Positions 13,371 through 24,676 of a stretch of DNA of 64,000 bases are shown one piece after another. The notes beneath the pieces are model-generated. The model made no database searches and was not told the origin of the DNA. It was given only the letters and a program-made list of their open reading frames with translations. The position numbers and the translations under genes are program-made. Source of the stretch: the human T2T-CHM13v2.0 reference genome, Homo sapiens; assembly GCF_009914755.1 (NCBI RefSeq), contig NC_060926.1. One strand, given 5' to 3'. Every line of letters starts with the position of its first letter. The stretch's first letter is position 1.

Positions 13371-14074
13371 GATAATTTAAGAAGACTAAATTTTGAAATT
13401 AATTTAGAGTAAAAATAGGCAAAGTTATGTAAAAGCAGAAATGGATTCCTGGATTTAGAGATATAATGACAACTTGAATAATTGGTTTATTTAAGCTAAA
13501 TAATAAAGTCACATAATATACTGTCAGACTTCATTGATGAACTGTTCCTGAAGGAGGATAATCAAAAGCCTTAGCCACAGCTCAGTCCTACTGAAAAAGC
13601 CTTAATATGGAGATCAGCACAAAGGATCATGCCAGTATCTGCAATATTCCCTTTTTACTACATCCCTGCCAATATGTATTGCTTTTAGACTTTTTAACTA
13701 TGGCCATTCTTGCAGGAGTTAGGTGGTATCTTGCTGTGGCTTTGATTTGCATTTCCCTGATGATTAGTGATGCTGAGTATTTTTTTCATAGGTTTGTTAG
13801 CTGCTTGTATATCTCCTTTTCGGAAATGTCCATTCATGTCTTTTTCCCACTTTTTGATGGGCTTTTTTTTTTTTTTTTTCTTGCTTATGTTTGGGTTCCT
13901 TGTAGATTCTGGACTCTAGTCCCTTGTCAGATGCATGGTTTGCAAATATTTTCTCCCACTTTGTGGGCTGTCTGTTTACTCTGCTGATTATTTCTTTTGC
14001 TGTGTGGAAGCTTTTTAGTTTAATCAGGTCCCATTTATTTTATTTTTGTTTCTATTGCATTTGCTTTTGGGGTC

Positions 14075-16820
14075 AGATATGGTTTGGCTCTGTCCCTACC
14101 TGTATTAGTCTGTTCTCACACTGCTATACATAACTACCTGAGACTGGGTAATTTATAAAGAAAAGAGGTTTAATTGACTCACAGTTCTGCATGGCTGGGG
14201 AGGCCTGAGGAAACTTACAATCATAGCAGAAGGTGAAGGGGAAGCAAGGCAAGTCTTATGTGGTGGCGGGAGTAGAGAAGGAGAGAAATGGGGGAAGTGT
14301 CACACTTTTAAAACATCATACCTCATGAGAATTCACTCACTATCATAGAACAGCATGGGGGAATCCACACCCATGATCCAATGACCTCCCACTAGGTCCC
14401 TCCCTCAACATGTGGGCGTTACAATTCAAGATGAGATTTGGGTGGGGATTTGGAGCCAAACCATATCACCACGCAAATCTCATGTTGAATTGTAAATTCC
14501 AATATTGGGGGAGAAACTTGGTAGGAGGTAATTGGATCATAGGGGCAGATTTTTCTCTTGCTGTTCTTTTGATAGTGAGTTCTCATGATATCTTGTTTAA
14601 AAGTGAATACCTTCCCCCTTTGCTCTCTCTCTCCTGCTGCCATGTTATGATGTGCTTGCTTCCTGTTTGTCCTTCTGCCATGATTATAAGTTTCCTGATG
14701 CTTCTCCAGCCATGTCACCTGTACAGCCTATGGAACTGTGAACAAATTAAACCTCTTTTCTTTTGTTTATAACTTCCCCAGTCTCAGGTAGTTCTTTATA
14801 GCAGTATGAGAACAGACTAATGCAAAAATTGGTACCAGAGAAGTAGGGCATTGCTATAAAGATACCTAAAAATGTGGAAGTGACTTTGGAACTGGGTAAT
14901 GGCCAGAGGTTGGAATAGTTTGTAAGAATCAGAAGAAGATAGGAAGATGAGGAAATGTTTGGAACTTCCTAGAGACTTGTTGAATGGTTGTGACAAAAAT
15001 GCTGATAGTGATATGGACAGTGAAGTCCAGGCTGAGGTAGTCTCAAATGGAGATGAGGAACTTATTGGGAACTGGAGCAAAGGTCACTCTTGCTACGCTT
15101 TAGCAAAGAGAATGGGGGCATTGTGCCTCTGCTCTAGAGATATATGAAACTTTGAACTTGAGAGAGATGATTCAGGGTATCTGGCAGAAGAAATTTCTAA
15201 GCAGCAAAGCATTCAAGAAGTGACCTGGATGCTTCTAAAAGCCTATATTCATTTGCCCAAACAAAGAAATGACCAGAAACTGGAGCTTATATTTAAATGG
15301 GATGCAGAGCATAAAGGTGTGGAAAATTTGCAGCTCAACCAATGTGTTAAAAAAAGAAAAACCCATTTTCTGAGGAGGAATTCAGGGCTGCAGGAATTTG
15401 CATAAGTAAAGAGGAGCCTAATGTTAATAGCCAAGACAATGGGGAAAATGCCTCCAGGGCATTTCAGAGACCTTTCCAACAGCCCCTACCATGACAGGCC
15501 CAGAGATCTAGGAGGGAAAAAAATGGTTCTGTGGGCCAGGCCTAGGGCCCTGCTGCTCTGTGTAGCCTCAGAACATGGCGCTCTGTGTCACAGTGCCTTC
15601 AGCTCCAGCCATGGCTAAAAGGGGCCAAGGTACAGCTTGGGCCGTTGCTTCATAGGGTGTAAACCCCAAGCCTTGGCAGCTTCCATATGGTGTTGGGCCT
15701 GTGGGTATGCAGAAGACAAGAGTTAAGGCTTGGGAGTCTCCACCTAGATTTCAGAGGATGCATGGGAATGCCCGGGTGTCCAGGCAGAAGTTTGCTGACA
15801 GGGCATAGCTCTCATGGAAAACCTCTACTAGGGCAGTGTGGAGGGGAAATGTGTGGTTGGAGCCCCCACACAGAGTCCCCACTGGGACACTGCCTAGTGC
15901 AGCTGTAAGAAGAGGCCACCATCCTCCAGACCCCAGAGTGGTAGAACCACCGACTCCTTGTACTGTGAGCCTGGAAAAACTGTAGGCACTTGATTCCAGC
16001 CTGTAAAAGCAGTGGTGAGGACTATATCCTGCAGAGTCACCAGGGTGGAGCTGCCCAAGGCCTTGGGAGCCCACGCCTTGCAACAGTGTGACCTGAATGT
16101 GATACATGGAGTCAAAGAGGTTATTTTGGAAATTTAAGACTTAATGATTGCCCTGATGGGTTTTGCACACGCATGGGGCCTGTAGCCCCTGTGTTTTGGC
16201 TGATTTCTCCCTCTTGGAACACTTCTGTTTACCTAATGTCTGTACCTCCATTGTATCTTGGAAGTATCTAACTTGTTTTTGATTTTACAGACTCATAGCT
16301 GGAAGGAACTTGCCTTGTCTCAGATGAGACTTTGGACTTGAACTTTTGAGTTAATGCTGGAATGAGTTAAGACTTTGGCAGACTGTTGGGAAGGCATGAT
16401 TGTGTTTTGAATGTGAAAAACATGAGATTTGGGAGGGGACGGGGCAGAATGATATGTTTTGGCTATGTGTCCCCACCAAAATCTCATGCTGAATTGTAAT
16501 TCCTCATGTTGGGGAAGGCACCTGGTGGGAGGTGACTGGATCATAGGGCAATATTTCCCCCTTTCTCTTCTAGTAAGTGCTTATGAGATCTGGTTGTTTA
16601 AAGGTGTGTAGCACTTCCCCCTTTGCTCTCTCTCCTGCTGCCATGTGAAGAAGTACTTGCTTCTCATTAGTCTTTCTGCCATGATTGTAAGTTCCCTGAG
16701 GCCTCCCCAGACATGCCTCCTGTACAGCCTGTATAACTGTGAGTCAATTAAACCTATTTTCTTTATAAATTACCTAGTTGCAGGTAGTTCTTTATAGCAG
16801 TGTGAGAATGATCTAATGCA
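14075..16820 (+). mobile_element. complete MSTA MaLR provirus: 5'LTR 14075-14824, MST-int 14825-16449, 3'LTR 16450-16820
   Basis: perfect 5-bp TSD GGGTC at 14070-14074 and 16821-16825; internal starts aaaattggtaccagag and ends in a polypurine tract; both LTRs end taatgca. Confidence 0.93.
14101..14468 (-). mobile_element. MSTA solo LTR nested antisense in the 5' LTR of the provirus
   Basis: tgtattagtctgttctcacactgctat...gagccaaaccatatca; flanks ctacc/ccacg (from host ccacc); host resumes caaatctcatg. Confidence 0.92.
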
Positions 16821-17540
16821 GGGTCTTAGTTATTCATTTCTTTAGCTAAGCCAATGTCCAGAAGAGATTTTCCAATATTGTCTCCTAGAATTTTTATGGT
16901 TTCAGGTCTTAGATTTAAAGTGTTTGATCCATCTTGAGTTGATTTTTATATAAAGTGAGAAATAGAGATCCAGTTTCATTCTACTTGTGACTTGCCAGTT
17001 CTCCCAGCACCATTTATTAAATAGGGTATCCTTTCCCCAATTTATGTTTCATATGCTTTATCAAAGATCAGTCTGCTGTAAGTATTTGGCTTTATTTCCG
17101 GGTTATGGATTCTGTTCCATTGGTCTACATGCCTATTTTTATACCAGTACCATGCTATTTTGGTAACTATAGCCTTGTAATATAATTTGAAGTCAAGTAA
17201 TGTGATGTCTCCAGATTTGTTATTTTTGCTTAGTATTGCTTTTGATATGTGGGCTCCTTTTTGGTTCCATATGAATTTTGGAATTGTTTTTATCTCATTC
17301 TGTGAAGAATGATGATGGTATTTTGATAAGAATTCCATTAAATCTGTAGATTGCTTTAGACAGTGTGGTCTTTTTCACAATATTGATTTGCCCCATCCAT
17401 GAGCATGGGATGTGTTTTCGTTTGTATCATCTACGATTTTGTTCAGCAGTGTTTTGTAGTTTTCCTTGCAGAGATCTTTCATCTCTTTGGTTAAACATAT
17501 TCCTAACTATTTTATATTTTTTGCAGATATTGTAAAAAAG

Positions 17541-18045
17541 ATAGGCACTGAAAAACATTTTATAAAACCCAGCATCCCTTTATGATGAAAAAAACCCTCA
17601 ACAAAATAAGCATAGAAGACACTTATCTCAAAGTAATAAAGGCCATATGTGACAAGCCCAAAGCCAACATTATATTGAATTGGGATATGTTTAAAGCATT
17701 CCCCCTGACAAGCAGAAAAAGATAAAGATGCCCACTTTTGCCACTTCTATTCAACATAGTACTGGAAGTCCTAGCTAGAGCAATAAGATAACAGAAAGAA
17801 ATAAAGAACAACCAAATTGGACAAGAGAAAGTCAAACTGTTGCTGTTCACCAATGATATGATCATCTACCTAGAAAACCCTAAAGACACATCCAAATAGT
17901 TCCTAGATCTGACAAATAAATTTAGTAAAGTCTCGGGATACAAAATCAATGTACACAAATCAATAGCAGTGCTAAACACCAACAACGACCAAGCTGAGAA
18001 TAAAATCAAGAATTCAATCCCTTTTACAATAGCTACAAAAAATAT
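17541..18045 (+). mobile_element. inverted 5' segment of the L1PB (RT region)
   Basis: sense ORF2 RT sequence (aagcattccccctg, gatgcccactt, ctgttcaccaatgatatgatcatctacctagaaaacc) abutting the antisense part. Confidence 0.85.
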
Positions 18046-19374
18046 TAGCAATTTACAGTTTGTCATAGCACTCATTATTGCATAAAATTAAAGGATGTTA
18101 CTCTTTTCTCCCATTTCTTCATCAAAAGATAGTATTTCACGTGTGATGGTAGAAATAAGTCATGGCAGGCTGAATGTAGATAGTATATTATATAGTTGCT
18201 GCTGCAATTTTAAAGATTCTGGGGATAGCTTTTCTTTCTAGGGTCAAGCTTCAATTAAAAACATACATATGCTAAAAAAGGATAACTCCATAAATACCGT
18301 CACTCAAAGCTAACATGAAGTACTATGAATACCACAACCAGATATTGTACTGCTACAACCACCTTACTTCTTTGGCCACTGACTACTCGTTTCAACTGAA
18401 TGGAGCAGACACTTGCAGGAAAGGGATAAATTTAAAGTGCAGTTGCACTGTGCAAGTTCCATTTTGTATGATTCTGTTGGGGATTGATATTATTTACATT
18501 GTTAAATTCTATATTCTCTTTGCTATTCAGACAATGAGTCTGGTATACTCCAAGATATCAATCATAAAAGAGAATAGTCAAAAAGTTTCATGGTAACATC
18601 ATAAGAATGAAATAAAGAGCATAATGGGTAATCTTGAAGTTGCCAGGAGAGTCCATTAACAAGCACTTTCTCCATCCCTCAAGTCGTCTAGTTCATTAAA
18701 ATGTTACTATTTGTAAATAATATTGAATGTACAGCCTCTATCTTTGAGTCAGAAGTTTTCATGGCCTTTTCTTTTTTCTTATACATCCAAAGTAGCAAAA
18801 GAATTGAAAACCAGTTGCTAAATTCTAATCTTCCTCTCTTGTAATCCAATTGTAATCTAGTGCTATTTCCAGTCACACCATCAAGAAAACTAACTGACAA
18901 AATAGAGGAGCTTCCAGGATACATCCATTTGTCACATTTCAAATGAAGATAGATGTGGATATATTTACTTTTTCTTCTGTGAAATATCTACTTGAAGAGA
19001 TAACGTAATTTAAAAATATAAGAAGGGAACAGCTACTTAAAAGAATCAATATTTGTACTTTAAAACTATGCAAATTAGCTGCTCTAAATGTGACCGATGA
19101 GTGGTCATATATATCAAATGAAGATGTGAATGAATGATGAAACACACTGGATTTTGAACAGGTATTAAAAAGCCTTATTTCTTTGCTTGGTTTCCTCAAA
19201 ATTGTAAGTTTTGAAGCAAGAACTAGTGAGTTATATAGAATATGGAGCCAAACAATGTGAAAAAAGGTAGGCAGAGGAGGGTAAATTTACATTATTTTCT
19301 ATTTCTTAAGTAGCCAAGGCTGAGAAGAGTTAGATCAAAAGAGAGAAGGCAACATTTAGGGGCAAGCTATGACA

Positions 19375-19625
19375 TGATAGTGCAATAGTTAAGGGCATAA
19401 TTAAAAGCGCCAGCTTTAGAGCCAGATATTCGGGGTTCAAATTCAGGTTCTACCACATTAACTCTGTGACCATGGGGAAGTTATTTAACCTCCTGGATCC
19501 TTTGTTTTCTTAATATAAAAAGAGAGCTAAGAATAGGCCTTGTAGAAAATTATAAGAATTAAGTTAAATAATGTATGTCCAATACCTAGCAGATTGCAAA
19601 TAGCCACTAATTGTATCATCATTAT
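19375..19625 (+). mobile_element. MIR SINE
   Basis: ggggttcaaattcaggttctaccac...ctgtgaccatggggaagttatttaacctc core. Confidence 0.75.
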
Positions 19626-20750
19626 TAATTCTTCTTTATGGAGAGGGCCATAAAGGATCCATAAGGCAAGGTGCTTTATTTTTTAATACCCTAAATTCTT
19701 ATTTCAGCCGTAGAATTACTTAATCCCTTCTAAAAGTAAATTTCCCCAAGAAACTTCAGAAGAAAACTTTTTCAACTACAACCAAATTAAAAGCATTCAA
19801 TATCTTAGTCTTCACTAAGACTAATGCAACCTTCACTTCAGTTTTTTTTTGCCCATTTTCTCTTATTATTTCTTCAGGAAAAATGAAAAGCAATTATATT
19901 TATCAAAATCTTACAGGTCCTCTTCGAAATGGTTAAGTCATGGGAGGATTCCGTTAAGGGGTGGAAAAAAAAAAACAGCCTTCCCTAGTTCAATACAAGA
20001 AGAGGAGCTTTCCCAGGATTTCTGCCTCTTCTGGAGTTTAAGGCCCCTGTCTTGCCATTCTCTCAGTAGCAAGCTTCTCTATGGGGTATTTTAAATGTAA
20101 GAAGCAGAAGGGCTGTTATACCAACCGCTGTCATACAAATAAAACTTCAGCCATCCATATCACTGACACCAGCTGTTTCTGTTAAGAGAAAAAGTGTAAT
20201 CATTTTTCTTGTAAGGATTCTTGCATGAATTCATGAATCTGATGTTGATTTTGTCTCTGCTCAATCTAGTTGACCAGAGTCATGACTACCAGAATTTTTA
20301 AAAAATATGTAGAGTCAGTTCTCCCTCTTGTATAACTTGACCATCCTCCACAATTGCTCACAGCCTGAGGCAGCCTGAAGATGTTTTACAAAAAGTCTGT
20401 GAGCCAAAAAGTAATCAATCAAAACATATTTAAGAAGCATTATAATCGACCTCGAAGGGAAAAGTAAAGGATGTACAGGCAGACTCCATCTGTGACTAGG
20501 TTATCAATAATAGTTGTTTGACCTTTTGTGAGTTAGCAAGCATATATACAATGTTATTGTGGCAAACAATCAGCCAACTCTAGAAAGTCATTTTATCCAA
20601 TTACATATCTGAAAAGAAAATTGATAATCTAAAAGAAACTGATCATGACATAGAAAAGTGTTTCCACATTAAAATTGGTTTCCAGTTCCAAGTCGGTATG
20701 CCTGAGCCAGTGTCTTCCTTATGTCTCCTTCTTCCTTCACCTTCCAACAG

Positions 20751-21270
20751 GAGCTGAACAGCCCTGCCTCAACACAGCAAAGGCTGAGATTTCAGAGACT
20801 TGAGGGCTATTGGGAGCTCAGAACATGGCATCAAGTCCCAAGGAGGAAAAACTATGGATCCTGGAACCTTGCTGTTGTCATACTTGGGGGCCTGTCTTAA
20901 AAGTCTCACTTGGTGATATGGGCTGAGTCATGTCCCTCCCCAAAATTCTTATGTTGAAGTCCTAATCCCTAGTACCTCAGAATGTGATTAGATTTGGAGA
21001 TAGGGTCTTTAGTGAGATAATTAAGGCAAAAGGAGGTCATATGGGTGGGGCCTCCTTACAGAGGAGACTGGTATCTCTGTAAGAAGAGGAATGAGGACAG
21101 AGACACGTACAGACCAAGGGACCATCATATGAGGACACAGAAAGAAGGGATCCATCTTCAAGTGAAGAAAAGAGGCTTCAGGAGAAACCAAACCTGCCAA
21201 CATCTTGATCTGGAACTTCTAGCTTCCAGAATTTAAAGAAAATAAATTTATGTTGTTTAAGCCTCCCAAT
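20751..21270 (+). ncRNA. candidate terminal exon of a non-coding transcript (3' end approximate)
   Basis: AG-free polypyrimidine tract 20711-20748 ending ccaacAG|G; AATAAA at 21241-21246 in a sense MLT1B LTR; no transcript evidence available. Confidence 0.35.
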
Positions 21271-21311
21271 CTGTGGTGTTTTTGCTATGGCAGTCCTAGC
21301 AAACTAATACA
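20914..21311 (+). mobile_element. MLT1B MaLR solo LTR
   Basis: tgatatgggctga...gttgaagtcctaatccctagtacctcagaatgtga...ctagcaaactaataca. Confidence 0.88.
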
Positions 21312-22427
21312 TCTGGCTACCTGTCACCTCTTGCTTTTCTTCTAAGGGCTCTAAAGACTAACAAGTTCCCACTGGTTGTTTCAAATAGAATTTCTCCCTT
21401 CCCCCAGAAGCAAAATGCAGCCCAGATCTTTCCTTAAGGATGCCCCTGGATCAGGTACAGCCTTTTAAAAATGTGTTTATTAAGAGTTTTGAGCAGTAGA
21501 AACAATATGGAAAACTCATATGAAGTTTAAGGTTGTTTGCTTGCTACTCCTCTTAATTCAGTAATTCCTTCTGATAATGGGAATCCCTTATTTATACTGA
21601 TAAACTTTCAAATTCCCATAGGGTATCTGCTGATTAATAAAATACAAAATTCCAAAAGACTATTATGTATTCAATAGTGTGCTTAAATAATGTTGAATAT
21701 TTCAAATCATGGTAGTATGCATATTCAAGTAGTGTTACCCACTTTATAAGCTTGGGATACAAATATAGTAATAACTCTTTTTCAATTTATCATCAAATTT
21801 CCATAGGCTTCTATTAGCAAAATTTCCATGAATCCTATTAGATAATATTTGGGCTTACTTGGAAAAAATATACCATGTCCTTCTAAACACCAAGTGGAGA
21901 AAGAACTGTAAAATCCCACCGGTTCATGACCACTGCCATATTGGCGTTGAATGATTGCTACTGAACAATAATACCCTGTGGCACAAGGAACATGAATGTA
22001 GTGTGCAGTGACGCCTTTGTCATTCTGTTTCCTGTCAGCACCTCCATAGTTCCTCAAACAAGACTCCTAGTACCTTCAGTCATTCTTCTCCAAAGGGTGG
22101 CAGGACCTGCAGGTACATCTTGGCTCAGACACATGCCACACTAGCTCTAATCTCCTATAAAAGCACCAGAATCTATACTGAGATGAGGTTGCCAGCCATT
22201 TAACTTATAGTCAGAGCCTCTCTAGGACTTCTGGCATCCTTTAGCACCAACTAGCTTTGTCCACCCAGGTAGGTTTCCCTTACTCCTAATCTCAGAGATA
22301 AGAGGTTAGAATCTTAACCCCATCCTTCATAAACAATTTCGTGGCTTTTCTTCATCCTTCTCCCCAAACACTAACTCTGAAAACCAAGAGGCCAGGGACC
22401 AAAATTGTTTCTATTATAAGATTCCCC

Positions 22428-22545
22428 TAAATGACGAGTTAATGGGTGCAGCACACCAACATGGCACATGTATACATATGTAACAAACCTGCACATTGTG
22501 CACATGTACCCTAAACCTTAAAGTATAATAATAAAATTAAAAAAA
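22428..22545 (+). mobile_element. extremely 5'-truncated L1PA3/4 (~120 bp of 3'UTR plus A tail)
   Basis: taaatgacgagttaatgggtgcagcacaccaacatgg; 10-bp TSD aagattcccc at 22418-22427 and 22546-22555. Confidence 0.92.
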
Positions 22546-24298
22546 AAGATTCCCCCAGCACAATGGCACTTTCTTGCCCAGCAACTGCTTAACTAAGAAG
22601 AATTACTCAAGTAAATCTTCCTATAATGAGAGAACTCTGCTGCAAGATGATTTGCAATTTCCATTTCTGTGTATAGAAGTGATTAACTGGTAATATATTG
22701 TTTCACCTACTGCAAACTTACATTTGAAAAGGATATATGCAGAAATAATTTTATATCATATTATGTGTAAACAAACATAATGCACTGTGTATTGACAGAT
22801 GTATTATTCAGGTTTCACTTGCCACTTTGTGCACTTGTGCTATTCCCTGGTTGAGAACCACTAGCTTAGATCCTGTAAGTTAAAATGCAGGTGACAATGG
22901 TAGACATTTGAGTTGGCACTTCAGAGGGAATCCTCAATCTGCATCTTTTGCATATTTGACTAAAATAACAGGATGAGAGGGGTAAATACAAAAAGGATTT
23001 ATGAAAATATAATGGGACTATGGGACCAGCTACTAGGCAACCTTGGAGCAGGAGACTGGTGATAGTGTTAGGGGGGAAAAAAAGGAATATTCACTGACCT
23101 TTCACCATCTCTGCCATACATTTTCCCATAATTTAGAAGACCTTCTAGTCTTAGAGAAGAGTAGGGTCACTCAAAAGCAGAGGAAAGGATTATAGAATAT
23201 GAGGAAAATCCAGAGAGATGCTCCTTTGGCTCAGGAGTCACCACACGGAGTTACCATGGTGGGGTGGCCATTCCTTTAAAATTTTGAGACCACCAGTATG
23301 GTATGTGTACCCTGCCCCAAAGAGCTTTATCTAGTCAAATGAATAACACAAACACACACAGAAGAGAGGGGAATTAAGTGCTGTTCTCAGTTCTTATCAA
23401 AAGTGCAATGGAGAATAGAGTAATGCGTTATGTCACTTTTCTCTCCTGCAATTTGCTATTTCCCTCAAGTATTTCTTCCCTTTGCGAGCTTCCCAGTATT
23501 TTACAGAATAAGATGGCATTTTATCTGAAAGCATTTGGTAAATGTTCTTTGAGTCTAGGAGGCTGCAATTTAACAAATGGCTTCCTCACACAAACTATAA
23601 GGTTGATACAGAATGATTGACAACGATGCCAACATTTGAAAAGCAGCTAAGAGCTTCAAAGCCTACAGTAGCTGAGGCCAGGAGTGGAGTTTATCACCAG
23701 CCTTGGAGATTGTGGTTTATGTTGGCAACACAAAATATCTGTCATTTTAATACAGCTCTTACAAAGATTTTTAAACATGTCATTAAACAAACATACCAGA
23801 AGGATGGGCCCAGAAGAAACCAGTTTTAAGATAACAATAGACTCAAAATACATTATCACCAGATAATAGTCTCCTACTGTTTGATAAAGGACTCAGCTTC
23901 TGAAGCCAAAACAAACACAGAGGCACAGCCAAGATGTTTGTTTTAGAAGTGGGAGACATTGATCTTATGACACGTTTCTATTACAATGACTCTATTTCTG
24001 TTACACTCAGGGCAGGCTCTATGTAAAATTATGCTGTCTAATTTTGGAGGTGTTCAATGGAAGGAAAGTTACTTGTAGTTCAGCTTAGCAAATTTATCCC
24101 TTGGGTGGTGTGCCCCCTTCTCCCCTATGCACTATCCCTTCCCAGCACCCCCAAAACAGGATTTGAACTATAGTAAGACAAAAACAAGAAGTCCCTGGGT
24201 CAAAAAGTAGAGGGGATGTATGAGAGGTGGGGGAATGTTCAGAAGCAGGATTTTTTACTACAGTGTTTTGAAAACTGATGTGTAAAGTTGAAATCCTG

Positions 24299-24387
24299 TA
24301 CCTATCTCTTCAGCAGAGCTCAGGATGTGCAAAGCTGAGATGCTATACCTATCTCTTCAGCAGGACTCAGGACTTGCTTAGAGATGC
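24299..24387. repeat. imperfect direct duplication, period 47 bp
   Basis: tacctatctcttcagcag starts at 24299 and 24346. Confidence 0.8.
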
Positions 24388-24491
24388 CGTTAAAAGTGAT
24401 TAAAGGCCATCTTCACTTCCACTGCTTTAGAAATTTATGCATATTTACATTATTGAAAAGGTTTGTCCTGTGTCTTTGGGGTGTAGAAATA

Positions 24492-24676
24492 TTAGGTTGG
24501 TGCAAAAGTAATTGCGGTTTTTGCCATTAAAAGGAATGTATTAGCTAGGAATGTATTGCGGTTTCTGCCATTAAAAGGAACGTAGGAATGAGTATTAGGT
24601 AGGTACAAATGTAATTGCGGTTTTTGCCATCTTAAAAGGAATGGCAAAAAACGCAATTACTTTCGTACCTACCTAA
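24492..24676. mobile_element. MADE1 (Hsmar1-derived MITE) array: two extra left arms plus one complete palindromic copy (24595-24676)
   Basis: ttaggttggtgcaaaagtaattgcggtttttgccatt TIR; TA at 24490-24491, 24593-24594 and 24677-24678. Confidence 0.9.

Larger units (their letters stand above)
13633..17540 (-). mobile_element. L1PB-type LINE-1 (non-inverted part), split by the MSTA provirus
   Basis: tggccattcttgcaggagttaggtggtatc; minus ORF 17042-17338 [36 protein letters not shown]; sequence resumes across the GGGTC TSD. Confidence 0.85.

Noticed and set aside
14817-16115. ORFs in the MST internal region as a retroviral gene
   Set aside because: Fragmented MaLR internal ORF remnants; no pol or env; many stops
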